Positions 29,934-39,373 of a stretch of 64,000 nucleotides of DNA are shown here, in pieces (position 1 is the first letter of the stretch; each line of letters begins with the position of its first letter). The notes below the pieces were generated by a model. That model had not been told where the DNA came from. It searched no databases and worked only from the letters and a program-made list of their open reading frames with translations. The position numbers were made by a program, and so were the translations under genes. The stretch covers positions 11,425 to 75,424 of IMG/VR virus record IMGVR_UViG_3300049458_000012, one strand, 5' to 3'. The stretch comes from a virus. Its lineage: Duplodnaviria > Caudoviricetes.

Positions 29934-30523
29934 ACAACGCACAAAAAACGCCGATGGCGCGCAGCCTCAATCTCTTCGCTCAGCGCAAGGCGATGGACGA
30001 GATTGAGAAGTTGGGCATGGCGTTACCGGGGCATGTGGTGGCGGTGGCCGGGTCGATTGTGACTGTGAACTTCGATGTAGAGGGTCTCACCCTCGATCGG
30101 GTGGCCATGCCCCTGGCCACGAGCGAATACATCCGGCTCCCAGTGCAGGTGGGGGACAAAGGCGTCGCGGAGCCCTCTGACGCTTATCTCGGGGGCATCT
30201 CGGGCCTCGGTGGAGGGGTGGCCGATTTGACCCTTCGAGGGAACTTGTCCACGCTGGTTTGGAAGCCCGTGGCCAATGCGAATTGGGCCGCGGCACCGGA
30301 CGCGAACACGCTGTGGATGTACGGGAAGAATCGAACCCGGGTTTCCGACTCCGTGGCCAACAATGCGCACATCGACGTAACGGCGAACGGCATCACGCTG
30401 CAATTCGGTGCGCACTCGATCGTGATCGATGCCACCGGGGTGACGATCGACGGGAAATTGTTCCTGCCGCACACTCACAGCGGCGTGACGACGGGTGGCG
30501 GCAACACGGGGGCGGTGGTGTGA
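29930..30523 (+). CDS. Baseplate central spike
   Basis: PV..GDKG OB-fold motif; C-terminal H-x-H (PHTHSGV) metal site. Confidence 0.85.
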   Translation: MNNAQKTPMARSLNLFAQRKAMDEIEKLGMALPGHVVAVAGSIVTVNFDVEGLTLDRVAMPLATSEYIRLPVQVGDKGVAEPSDAYLGGISGLGGGVADLTLRGNLSTLVWKPVANANWAAAPDANTLWMYGKNRTRVSDSVANNAHIDVTANGITLQFGAHSIVIDATGVTIDGKLFLPHTHSGVTTGGGNTGAVV

Positions 30524-30858
30524 GACTATACGGACGGGTTGGGAAAACGTGGTTCCAGGTTCAAACCGATGCCCAAGGCAATAACGACCTGGTGTATGTC
30601 ACCGCGGTGCTGCAATGCGTGAAGCTGAACAAGGGTGAAAGCCCGTTTTATTCTTGGGCCGGGATTCCCGCGGAGGATGCCGTTATCCAGCAGGTGTTTC
30701 CGGATTACGATGTGTCCGTTATCCAGCAGGTGTATGCGCCCAACTTTGCATCTTTGATAATCTCGCGCCGCCCGGGTGGCATAACCCCGGTGTATGATGT
30801 GAACGTCATCACGCATCAGGGCGTGAAACTCAACCCCAGTGTGAAAATAGCAGCATGA
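30520..30858 (+). CDS. Baseplate wedge subunit (gp25-like)
   Basis: GTG overlap start; LN.GESPFY..GIP motif. Confidence 0.6.
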   Translation: MRLYGRVGKTWFQVQTDAQGNNDLVYVTAVLQCVKLNKGESPFYSWAGIPAEDAVIQQVFPDYDVSVIQQVYAPNFASLIISRRPGGITPVYDVNVITHQGVKLNPSVKIAA

Positions 30859-32072
30859 GCACGCCAAATCCATTCGATTTCCCCGTGGTCGTTACCGCGG
30901 CAGGCATGCAACCCCAAGACCCTCAAGATTTACGGGATCAAATCCTAGCCGCAGCCACCGCCAACTCTCCCGGACTCACCGCCAACTTGCCCGGCACCCT
31001 TGTAGAGGACTTCTTGAGCACCAGCGTGCCCGCCGTGGCCCTGTGCGATCAAGGTCGAGTGGAGGCGGTGAACTGCCTGACTCCGGACGCGGCGAATGAA
31101 TTCACGCTCGGAAGACTCGGCACGATCTACATCGGTGAAGGTCAACCCGGGAAAGTAACCAATACGAGCGTGCTGCTGGTGTTCACGGGCACGGTGGGTT
31201 GGGTTGTGCCTCCGGGGTTTTTGGCGGGCGACGGGGCGCACTTGTTTCAGGTTCAATCGGGCGGGCCAATCGGAGGAGGCGGGAGCACCTCACCTTTGTC
31301 CGCGATAGCCATACAGCCCGGATCGTATGGCGTGCCTGCGAATACGGTGACGCAGCTGAAGTCTTCTGCCCCTCCGAACATCACCCTATCCGTGAACAAC
31401 CCCACGGCAGGCACCCCCGGAGGAACGGGAGAAACTTGGTCATCGTTCCGGGCGCGCGTGATGCGGGCGGGCCTAGCGGACTGCGTTGGAGGTCCGAGCC
31501 TAATCAAGACGCTGGTGGGCAGGGTCCCAGGGGTGCAGAAAGTTTCAGTGCAGGCAGCGGTTGGCGGGCTGCGCGTGATCGTAAAAGGGGGTGACGTCTA
31601 TGAAGTGGCCTATGCCATATACCGCGCAATCGACAGCCCCACCTCGTTGGTGGGGCATGTGGCGGGCGGAACCAACGTCACGGTCGGATTGATCGACTCG
31701 CCCAATACATACAACATTCTTTCCGTGGCCGCGGCGACACAAACGGTGACCATGGCCGTCACTTGGAATACGAACTTAGCCAACTTCACCGGTGGCGGAG
31801 CATTCCCCGCGCTGGTGCAACCGGTGCTGGTCAACTATATCAACTCGATCCCCATCGGGGCGCCGATCAATGTGCTAGAGATGAATGAACTGTTTCAAGA
31901 GACCGTGGCCGCGGTGCTCGCGAAGGACTTTCTAACGAGGTTGGTATTCGGGGTGAATATCAATGGAACTCCGACCGCTCCCGGGACAGGCACATATGCG
32001 ATCACGGGGGATGCGGAGAGCGATTTCTTTACCGCGGTTGACGGCAGCGGTGTCGTGGTGACGCAAGGCTAA
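30855..32072 (+). CDS. Baseplate J-like wedge protein
   Basis: NLPGTLVED, PGG...ETW.SFRARV motifs. Confidence 0.85.
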   Translation: MSTPNPFDFPVVVTAAGMQPQDPQDLRDQILAAATANSPGLTANLPGTLVEDFLSTSVPAVALCDQGRVEAVNCLTPDAANEFTLGRLGTIYIGEGQPGKVTNTSVLLVFTGTVGWVVPPGFLAGDGAHLFQVQSGGPIGGGGSTSPLSAIAIQPGSYGVPANTVTQLKSSAPPNITLSVNNPTAGTPGGTGETWSSFRARVMRAGLADCVGGPSLIKTLVGRVPGVQKVSVQAAVGGLRVIVKGGDVYEVAYAIYRAIDSPTSLVGHVAGGTNVTVGLIDSPNTYNILSVAAATQTVTMAVTWNTNLANFTGGGAFPALVQPVLVNYINSIPIGAPINVLEMNELFQETVAAVLAKDFLTRLVFGVNINGTPTAPGTGTYAITGDAESDFFTAVDGSGVVVTQG

Positions 32073-33112
32073 TGCGCACCACCACCCTAAGATCGTACCC
32101 GTACAAGCAGTACGAGGACGATGACGATATCCAGGCGTTGTTCAAGGCGTACAACGACGCGACGCAAGTGATTGTGGATTGGTTCAATGAGACGCCGCTC
32201 GCGTATTACCCGGCCCTGACGGGAGACTTGCTGAATTGGGTGGTGGCGGGGCTGTACGGCCTGCGACGCACGCAGCTCGCCTCCCCATTGAGCCCCGCAT
32301 TAGGTCCGCTCAACACTCTCGTACCGTTGAACTCTCTTTTCCCACTCAACACTTTTGTGCCCCCGGTGCAAACGTTCTACAACCTAACGGATGACGTTTT
32401 TCAGCGCATCCTCACGTGGAACTTTTTCAAAGGCGACAGCCGTCGATTTTCGATGCAATGGCTCAAGCGCCGTGTCATCCGCTTCCTCCTCGGCACCAAC
32501 GGCATCGACCCGCAACCACAGCAAGCCGATTTCGTTATTGGCACGGAGACCACCAGCGCCATCGGCGTTGTCATCGCGGCGAACGTGTGCACCGTGTCCA
32601 TTGATCAGTCCTTGCTCTCGCTGCAAGCCCCGAGCGTGACCCCCGGGATACTGAAGCTATTCAAGCTCGCTTTCGAAGGCGGCAATTTGGAATTGCCACT
32701 GCGGTACACATACGCTGTCAGCATCATAACCAACTTCGTGGCCTTGATACGGCCCGGAGTACTTTCAAGCAACCTTCCCGTTTTCACGCAGACGGTGGGT
32801 CCCGCTATTGTTGCGGTGTTGGGTGGCACGGGGATCTACACTTACGCGTGGACTTGGCAATCGGGAGGAGCCGGGATAGCGATTGATTCTCCCGCTGCAA
32901 TCAGCACGACATTCACCGCCGCGGGGATGGCTTGGGGTGAGTCTCGCTCGGGAGTGGCGCTGTGCACGGTGACGGACACGGTGTCGTCTTTGACCGCAAC
33001 CGCGGTATGCGAGGTGTTTATAGTTTGCGAGTTGCCCTCACAGCTGCTGATCGAGGGGACGGCCCTGCCACTTCTTACCGAGGATGGAGCGCCCATCGTC
33101 GTGGAACCATAA
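32072..33112 (+). CDS. Baseplate wedge protein (DUF2612-like) with extended C-terminus
   Basis: LL.WV..GLYG, TDD.F.RILTWN..KGD motifs. Confidence 0.7.
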   Translation: MRTTTLRSYPYKQYEDDDDIQALFKAYNDATQVIVDWFNETPLAYYPALTGDLLNWVVAGLYGLRRTQLASPLSPALGPLNTLVPLNSLFPLNTFVPPVQTFYNLTDDVFQRILTWNFFKGDSRRFSMQWLKRRVIRFLLGTNGIDPQPQQADFVIGTETTSAIGVVIAANVCTVSIDQSLLSLQAPSVTPGILKLFKLAFEGGNLELPLRYTYAVSIITNFVALIRPGVLSSNLPVFTQTVGPAIVAVLGGTGIYTYAWTWQSGGAGIAIDSPAAISTTFTAAGMAWGESRSGVALCTVTDTVSSLTATAVCEVFIVCELPSQLLIEGTALPLLTEDGAPIVVEP

Positions 33113-34213
33113 ATGACAACGCGCAGATTATTCTGGTCTGACAATGCGCAGACAACCCTGGCCGCAGGCATAACCAACGCCTCCCCAAGTCTGCAAGTTG
33201 TATCGGGCGGAGGTGCACTTTTCCCTGCAATAGCCACACTGGGCACGGGAGCAGCATTTCTCATCACTCTATTCAAGAATGGATCGCCAAATATAACGGA
33301 AGTGATGCTGGTCACTGGCCGTGCAGGGGATAATTTTACGGGGCTCGTGCGCAATTTCAGCGGCACGGGCGCTCTCGCTTGGAACGCGGGGGACACCGTG
33401 GCAATCGTGCCCACCGCAGAAGCCTTGAATAGTCTCGTGCAAGCGATCGATCTGCAGGGGCAATGGACAAACTATGCCCTCGACACGGGCGCAGCCAACA
33501 ATTATGTAGTTACTTTGGCGTTGCCGTTGAATGCTCATTTCCCCGGAATGCCCATTCGATGGAAAGCTGCGCACGCCAACACAGGGGCTTCCAACTTTAA
33601 TGACAGCATCGGAGCCGCAGCCCTTCTTACCGCCAACGGTCAAGCGCTTGTTGCGGGAGATATTGTGGCTGGCGGATTGTATGAAACCTGGTGGGATGGC
33701 ACGCAGTTCCGTGTCATTGCACTACAGCGCACGGCATTCTCACAACTCTCCGGGTCTATTGCCAATGGCCAAGTGCCCGCAGCCGCAGTGCTGCAGTGGC
33801 AGACGTTCTTGGCCATCTCGACCACGCAGCTATATAATCAGATCCTCAGCGCACAGATTCAAGCCAACTTGGCCCTGGCGGGCGCGCCTTCCGCTCCCAC
33901 CGCGGCAGTTGGAACCGCCAACACGCAGCTGGCCACCACCGGATTTGTCAACCCAGGGTCTTCGTTCGGCGGCGCCAGCAATTATCGAAGGGAGCCCGAC
34001 GGCAGCATCACGCAATGGGGCTTGTGCAACCCGAATGGCGGCGCGATCACTGTGACTTTCCCGGTTGCATTCCCGAGCGGCTGCAGGTCCTTGTCCTTTG
34101 GGCAAGTCAGTGCTGGGCCAACGCAAAGTTATGCCACCGCAGTGGCCTCTACAACCGGGTTCACTGTTGCCAATACGGGCGGCCAGACCTATTGGCAAGC
34201 GAAAGGAAATTGA
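33113..34213 (+). CDS. Tail fibre protein
   Basis: NNA.TTL N-terminus; APTA..GT..TQLATT.FV; PDGSITQWG C-terminal module. Confidence 0.8.
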   Translation: MTTRRLFWSDNAQTTLAAGITNASPSLQVVSGGGALFPAIATLGTGAAFLITLFKNGSPNITEVMLVTGRAGDNFTGLVRNFSGTGALAWNAGDTVAIVPTAEALNSLVQAIDLQGQWTNYALDTGAANNYVVTLALPLNAHFPGMPIRWKAAHANTGASNFNDSIGAAALLTANGQALVAGDIVAGGLYETWWDGTQFRVIALQRTAFSQLSGSIANGQVPAAAVLQWQTFLAISTTQLYNQILSAQIQANLALAGAPSAPTAAVGTANTQLATTGFVNPGSSFGGASNYRREPDGSITQWGLCNPNGGAITVTFPVAFPSGCRSLSFGQVSAGPTQSYATAVASTTGFTVANTGGQTYWQAKGN

Positions 34214-34217
34214 CGCC

Positions 34218-34766
34218 ATGAAAGAGCAACAAAAAATCGAAGCAAAAGACGTGGCGCCACTCGATCTTCGCCACAAACAAACTCCCCCTGTCCCCCTGGA
34301 GTCACTACCGCCCGAATCACCCCCGGACAAGTTCTACAGCGCCACGACGCAAGGCTTTTACTCCAGCGACATTCACTCCACAGAACAGATCCCCGCGGAT
34401 GCGGTGAAAATAACGCACGATCATTGGCAGCAACTGCTGAGTGCGCAAGCGCTGGGCATGCAGATCGTCCCCGACACCCGTGGGCACCCGGTCAACTCGG
34501 GCCCGAGCTTCGAAGAGCGGGCAGGGCGTTTACGCGCGCGTCGCAACCGGGCCCTGGCCGAGACGGATGGCCTCGTGGCCCGTCACCGCGACGAGTTGGA
34601 GATCGCGAAAGATCGGAGCTTGTTCCAGAAAGTAATCAGCCGCCCGACCACGCTCAGCGCACCCGCTTACGCGGAGCTGCAGCAATGGCGTCAAGCGCTG
34701 CGGGATCTCTCCCAGGTTTCCGGATTTCCGGATATTGAACTGCCTGCTGCGCCCAAGGGCACTTGA
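34218..34766 (+). CDS. Tail fibre assembly chaperone
   Basis: FYSATTQGFY..IP.DAV.IT; R.RRN..LAETD; WRQALRDL..GFP motifs. Confidence 0.8.
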   Translation: MKEQQKIEAKDVAPLDLRHKQTPPVPLESLPPESPPDKFYSATTQGFYSSDIHSTEQIPADAVKITHDHWQQLLSAQALGMQIVPDTRGHPVNSGPSFEERAGRLRARRNRALAETDGLVARHRDELEIAKDRSLFQKVISRPTTLSAPAYAELQQWRQALRDLSQVSGFPDIELPAAPKGT

Positions 34767-34775
34767 GGACAACGC

Positions 34776-35918
34776 ATGACCACCGGTGTACAAATCTCCG
34801 CGCTTCCAGTCGATCCCGCATTGACGGGTGGCGAGTTGGTGCCGCTGGTTATTGTCGGCACGATCACCGCCATTACGCAAGCCGTTAACGCTGTCATCAC
34901 GATCAACACCCCTACGCCCGTAAACCCTTTCACCGCGGGGATGGCGGTGTCTTTCGCAGGCGTCGGCGGCATGACGCAGTTGAATGGGCAGGGGGCTGCG
35001 ATATCTGCCGCGGGCGGCACATCGGGAAATTGGACCCTAACGATTCCGGTGAACTCCACAGGTTACGGTGCCTTCACTGCGGGCGGCATTGTAACCGCCA
35101 CAGCCGTGGCCACACTGTCCGCGATGCGCTTATCGGGTGGACAGCCATACAATCCAACTTTCCAATCGGGCAATGTACAGTACGCGGGCCCGGGTGGCGT
35201 CCTCGCGGGCGACAACAACTTGATTTTCGGGCTCGATCTGCCTAACCCTTCTGGCGTTAACGGGGCGTGCCTCTTACTGGGCAGCGGAGGTGGGGCCGGG
35301 GCCAACATCACCTTCGCCCTTATTCAAGATCAAGCCTTCGACAACATCACCCCCGGCAACCGATTGATCATCACCTCCGGCGAAACGCAACCCGCGGGCA
35401 TCGCGGTTGGAGGCGATTTCAATCAATATGCGGGCGCCTCTTTCGGTGGCATGGGCGGGCAATGGACGGCACAAGGGGGCACCTCGGCCAATGCGGCGGG
35501 CGGGCCCACGATCCTCAAAGGCGGAGCCGCCACCGGTCCCACGGGCGCGGCGATCCCGGGGGACTTGTTCTTAGAAGGTGGAGACGAGGGTCAGCAAGGC
35601 GCCAATGTCCACCTCATCATGACGGGTCTCGCGGGCTTGTGGGGCGTGATCCGGCACCGGGCCAATTCAACTCTCATCTGGGACGAGTTTCATGACGGCA
35701 GTTGGTTCTTTTATGCCAGCGCCGCGCTCCCCGGTGGAGGGTACGGTAATGCGGGGGCCCCAGCCATTTCCAACGGCATCGGGGCCCCGGTGGGTTGGGC
35801 AACGGATACACTACACCTGACGGTCCCCCTCGCGAAGCTCACCCCCGGAGGCGTAAATGGTTCAATCACCTATGTGCGTGGCATCCCGCAAGCAAGCACC
35901 TACGCCGCGCCAACTTGA
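34776..35918 (+). CDS. Gly-rich fibre/spike-like protein
   Basis: QISALP N-terminus; GG..GG-rich beta-helix-like repeats. Confidence 0.6.
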   Translation: MTTGVQISALPVDPALTGGELVPLVIVGTITAITQAVNAVITINTPTPVNPFTAGMAVSFAGVGGMTQLNGQGAAISAAGGTSGNWTLTIPVNSTGYGAFTAGGIVTATAVATLSAMRLSGGQPYNPTFQSGNVQYAGPGGVLAGDNNLIFGLDLPNPSGVNGACLLLGSGGGAGANITFALIQDQAFDNITPGNRLIITSGETQPAGIAVGGDFNQYAGASFGGMGGQWTAQGGTSANAAGGPTILKGGAATGPTGAAIPGDLFLEGGDEGQQGANVHLIMTGLAGLWGVIRHRANSTLIWDEFHDGSWFFYASAALPGGGYGNAGAPAISNGIGAPVGWATDTLHLTVPLAKLTPGGVNGSITYVRGIPQASTYAAPT

Positions 35919-35935
35919 AAAGGAAATTGAATACA

Positions 35936-36172
35936 GTGGACACTCATCACCCAATCGTCGCCCATCCCAAACTGCACTGCGGCAAATGCGGACACCCGCT
36001 TTTGCTACCTTTGAAAAGAGAGCCGGATCAACCGTTGCCGGATCGAGTGTTAGCGGAATGCAATGTTTGTTGCATTGCAGTGACTGTGCCGAAAGAATTG
36101 TTGGCGCCTGCCCATCCAACGCATTGCGAGGTTACGGTTGCGCGTCCCTGGCCGCGACCCCCGAATATTTGA
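35936..36172 (+). CDS. Zn-ribbon protein
   Basis: GTG start after AAGGA; CGKC...CNVC. Confidence 0.45.
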   Translation: MDTHHPIVAHPKLHCGKCGHPLLLPLKREPDQPLPDRVLAECNVCCIAVTVPKELLAPAHPTHCEVTVARPWPRPPNI

Positions 36173-36192
36173 GAAAGCAATGGAGGTGCACG

Positions 36193-36567
36193 ATGTCGGG
36201 GAGTCCAATAGATCCTCCGGATCTTCTCGGATGGAAGACCATTGCTTCGGCACTTTACGGATTGCTCACGCTGTTAGGGGTTGGCGTGGTGCGATGGCTA
36301 CTACAACGATTTCAAAAACAACTCGATGATCACAGCACACGAATTTCGAAGTTGGAAGGCTCTTACGTAACGCAAGAGCAATTGGACAAGCACCTAGATA
36401 AGCTCGAAGCGGTGTCATTTCGCATGCATGCAGAGAATAAAAATTCATTGGAGCGCATAGAGGAAAAAGTGGCCAACGCCTCCAACACTCGGCATGACAT
36501 CCGTGATAGTTCGCACACAATGCTGACGATGCTACGGGAGTTGGTAGAGCATGCCCGCCGCCAATAA
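36193..36567 (+). CDS. TM plus coiled-coil protein (holin/XhlA-like candidate)
   Basis: GGAGG SD; N-terminal TM, heptad C-terminus. Confidence 0.55.
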   Translation: MSGSPIDPPDLLGWKTIASALYGLLTLLGVGVVRWLLQRFQKQLDDHSTRISKLEGSYVTQEQLDKHLDKLEAVSFRMHAENKNSLERIEEKVANASNTRHDIRDSSHTMLTMLRELVEHARRQ

Positions 36568-37102
36568 CGAAGAGGGGGACTCGCCTTCGACCCGAGGCGG
36601 GATTGAGGACACGGTTAAAACTCTGCGCCTCACCACATTCACGCTGAGCGGCGTGGCTGAACAGTTCAAGAAGGTGGCGGACGATTTCCGCAACAATTTG
36701 AACCTGCGTAGTGCCTCGATGCATCGCGTGGCCATCACGGTTGGTGGTGGAATGTTCTGGCTTATGGCGGGACTGCTCATTGTTGTAGGCATCCTAGTTG
36801 GGCTGGATCGGGCCGAACGCTCAGCTCAACGTCGGCAATGGGACTCGGACACGGCCACTCTTCAGCGCCAATGGATCCAGGGCACTGAGACGTTGCAGCG
36901 TGAGTGGATTCGTGACACCCGGCAGATACAAGAAAGCAACGCACAGCTCTACCTGGAGTATCAGAAAGCCGAGCGAGAAGCGCGCGTGAAGGAACAACAG
37001 ATTATGGATCAATCGGCCCTCCTCTTACGGGAGGGGCACCGTAAGCCGAGCGACGCCACCAATGGGCCCGCTGGCAATCTCAATTACAACCGGGAGAAAT
37101 GA
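36551..37102 (+). CDS. Membrane coiled-coil protein
   Basis: Central TM segment GGGMFWLMAGLLIVVGILVGL. Confidence 0.5.
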   Translation: MPAANNEEGDSPSTRGGIEDTVKTLRLTTFTLSGVAEQFKKVADDFRNNLNLRSASMHRVAITVGGGMFWLMAGLLIVVGILVGLDRAERSAQRRQWDSDTATLQRQWIQGTETLQREWIRDTRQIQESNAQLYLEYQKAEREARVKEQQIMDQSALLLREGHRKPSDATNGPAGNLNYNREK

Positions 37103-37383
37103 ATATGGGCGGGGCAGTTTGTCGGATACTCGTGCGATCACAGTTGACCTTCGTTTCGGTCCCAACGAACACGGAGATGCTCAAAGTGTTCGATGCACAA
37201 ATGAAAGCGATTCACTTCAACACTTACTACGCGCAAGCGATCGTCAACGAGACGGATGATGCGGAAAAAATCTGCGCAATCTTACAAAAACAAACCCCCT
37301 ACTGGGCCCCTGGGCAATGGACTCATGCCGAACGGCAGACACTGTTGGACATGACGAACACGATATGCGGCCCATACACGTAA
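37099..37383 (+). CDS. Hypothetical protein
   Basis: ATGA overlap. Confidence 0.45.
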   Translation: MNMGGAVCRILVRSQLTFVSVPTNTEMLKVFDAQMKAIHFNTYYAQAIVNETDDAEKICAILQKQTPYWAPGQWTHAERQTLLDMTNTICGPYT

Positions 37384-37390
37384 TGCCTCG

Positions 37391-37687
37391 ATGTCTTCCG
37401 AAGCGCTCCTTATCTCAATCATCAGTGGGTTGCTGATGGTGGTGCAGTTGCTCGTGTCGTATATCTTCAAAAGCGCGATCACGGATTTGAAGGAGCGCAT
37501 CAACCGCCAAGATGCCCGTTTCGAGCAGTACGTGAAAGACAAGGAGCGCTTCGATTATGAGTTTCGTCACGATGAGTACGCGCAGCGCGTGAGCACGATC
37601 GAGGTGCGGTTGGGCGGTGTGGAACATGACCACAATCGGGTGGAGCAACTTTGGCGGAGAGCCTTCGACGGGGACAAACGCACATGA
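37391..37687 (+). CDS. TM plus coiled-coil protein (holin-like candidate)
   Basis: N-terminal TM; directly before the endolysin. Confidence 0.55.
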   Translation: MSSEALLISIISGLLMVVQLLVSYIFKSAITDLKERINRQDARFEQYVKDKERFDYEFRHDEYAQRVSTIEVRLGGVEHDHNRVEQLWRRAFDGDKRT

Positions 37688-38163
37688 GTAAAGCGCAGGC
37701 CATCGCCTGGACCCTCGAAAAGGAGACCGGGGAACTGACCGACAATCCGAGCGATCCGGGAGGGCTCACCCGCTGGGGCATCGCTCTCAACCGTCATCCC
37801 GAGTTGACCCGCGAGGATATCCTCAACATGACCGCAACCCGGGCCGGGGAAATCTTTGCGAAAGATTATTGGCCCGAGCGCGCGGATGAATTGCCGGATT
37901 ACTGGGCCCTTCCACTATTGGCCGCCGCGGTATTACAGGGGCCTGCCACAGCGGTGAAGGTGCTGCAAGCGGCGCTCAACGTCGGCGTCGATGGGATCAT
38001 TGGACCGATGGTGCTCAGTGCGGCTCGAACGGCCAACCCGAAAAAGGCCCTGCCCAAGTTTCTCGCTGAACAAGTGCGCCGCATGCGCGGTTACGCGGGG
38101 TGGAGCGCGAACGGCGTGGGCTGGGTGGAGAGAGGGGCGGAGGCGATTTTACTGGCGAGCTGA
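37684..38163 (+). CDS. Endolysin, glycoside hydrolase family 108 with PG-binding segment
   Basis: E..ELTDNPSDPGGLTRWGI; KVLQAALNVGVDGIIGP..L; F..GW-like VGWVER. Confidence 0.9.
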   Translation: MSKAQAIAWTLEKETGELTDNPSDPGGLTRWGIALNRHPELTREDILNMTATRAGEIFAKDYWPERADELPDYWALPLLAAAVLQGPATAVKVLQAALNVGVDGIIGPMVLSAARTANPKKALPKFLAEQVRRMRGYAGWSANGVGWVERGAEAILLAS

Positions 38164-38185
38164 TTTCGAAGAAAGGGGCCTGCAC

Positions 38186-38539
38186 ATGGACATTCACGTT
38201 TATATTCACCTTGACCATCGACAACCGACCGATTTCGAGCGGGAGGTGTTATCTCGGCTCGCCTCGGTCATTCACACCCAGGAGATACTTATGACGAAGG
38301 TAGATGACGCCACGGTTGCTCTCAACAACGCGAATGACCTTTTGCTGCAGGCCAGCACCGGTATCGATAACATCGCCACCGATGTCACCACGCTGAAGCA
38401 GCAAGTTGCCGATCTGCAGGCCGCCGGTCAGGGCAACACCACTCCGGAGTTCGACGCCGCGCTGCAGAAAGTTGTCGGCACCGTCAATTCCCTGGAGCAG
38501 AAGGTCTCCACCACGGATGCCTTGTTCCCCGGGGCGTAA
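38186..38539 (+). CDS. Coiled-coil hypothetical protein
   Basis: AAGGGG SD; heptad-rich. Confidence 0.6.
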   Translation: MDIHVYIHLDHRQPTDFEREVLSRLASVIHTQEILMTKVDDATVALNNANDLLLQASTGIDNIATDVTTLKQQVADLQAAGQGNTTPEFDAALQKVVGTVNSLEQKVSTTDALFPGA

Positions 38540-38546
38540 CAGTCCG

Positions 38547-38594
38547 CGGGACTCCCGGGGAAGATTGAGGCAGCTCAACTCCCCCGGGGTCTCG
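38547..38594 (+). other. Extended intergenic hairpin
   Basis: cgggac/gtctcg, cccgggg/ccccggg and ttgag/ctcaa stacked helices. Confidence 0.5.
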
Positions 38595-38614
38595 TACCTA
38601 ACGGAGCTGCGCAC

Positions 38615-38890
38615 ATGACCATCTTACGCGACCTAACTCACCGCAAAGCCCGCAGTGCGCAAGTTGGTCTGTCATACTTCTTTCTGGCCGGATTCTTCGG
38701 CATCATCATGCTAGAGGGCCTGGGGTGGATCAAGTTCGACGTCATGGGCCAGCTCGGACCGATGGCAATGTTAGTGCTGTCGTTTTGGTTCCAGCGCCAA
38801 CGCAGCAGCTCGGATGAGGCCAGCGAATTGCACCGGGGCCCCGATCCCGTAAACCCTATTGCGCCGCCCTCGGCGGCGAATTCTCAGTAA
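38615..38890 (+). CDS. Putative holin (two TM segments)
   Basis: Two hydrophobic helices, then FWFQRQRSSS. Confidence 0.6.
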   Translation: MTILRDLTHRKARSAQVGLSYFFLAGFFGIIMLEGLGWIKFDVMGQLGPMAMLVLSFWFQRQRSSSDEASELHRGPDPVNPIAPPSAANSQ

Positions 38891-38910
38891 CTTTCATCAA
38901 GGAGACGCCT

Positions 38911-39297
38911 GTGAGCAACCCAAACATCCCCTTCATCATGAAGATCGCCGTCGATCTCTTCGTGGGCCGCGAGATCACGAAGGACGGCCCCGAAAAAGCC
39001 CCCATCAACGCGCAGACCGCGATCGACGTCGCCAACGCGATCAAGGCGGGGATCGACGACCCGTTGAGCGGGGTGGCCGCACTCGACGCACTGCTCGCGA
39101 AGGGCACCACCGATCCGGCGAAGCTCGCCGCGCTGCAGACCCTCATTGGCTGGGCCAGCACCAAGGCCGCGGCCCTACAGACCCTGGCCTCGGGCGGGAT
39201 CGTGGCTTCGGTGCAGGCCTCGATCTTAGCCTCGGCGTGCGATGAGGCAATCGCCGTGGCGAAGAAGTATCTGCCCGCGACCCCAGCGGCGAAGTAA
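38911..39297 (+). CDS. Hypothetical protein
   Basis: AAGGAG SD, GTG start. Confidence 0.6.
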   Translation: MSNPNIPFIMKIAVDLFVGREITKDGPEKAPINAQTAIDVANAIKAGIDDPLSGVAALDALLAKGTTDPAKLAALQTLIGWASTKAAALQTLASGGIVASVQASILASACDEAIAVAKKYLPATPAAK

Positions 39298-39323
39298 GCG
39301 CCTTCGAGCTTCCCTCTCACCAC

Positions 39324-39355
39324 CGAAGGGGCCCACGCGGCCCCTTCGCTCTTTT
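39324..39355 (+). terminator. Rho-independent terminator
   Basis: 10-bp stem cgaaggggcc/ggccccttcg followed by ctctttt. Confidence 0.7.
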
Positions 39356-39373
39356 CGAGGAGCGATACACCCT

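Noticed and set aside
33113-35918. Diversity-generating retroelement acting on fibres, or retrozyme-type mobilisation by a phage RT
   Set aside because: No reverse transcriptase and no TR/VR repeat pair seen in the window; an RT elsewhere in the genome cannot be excluded
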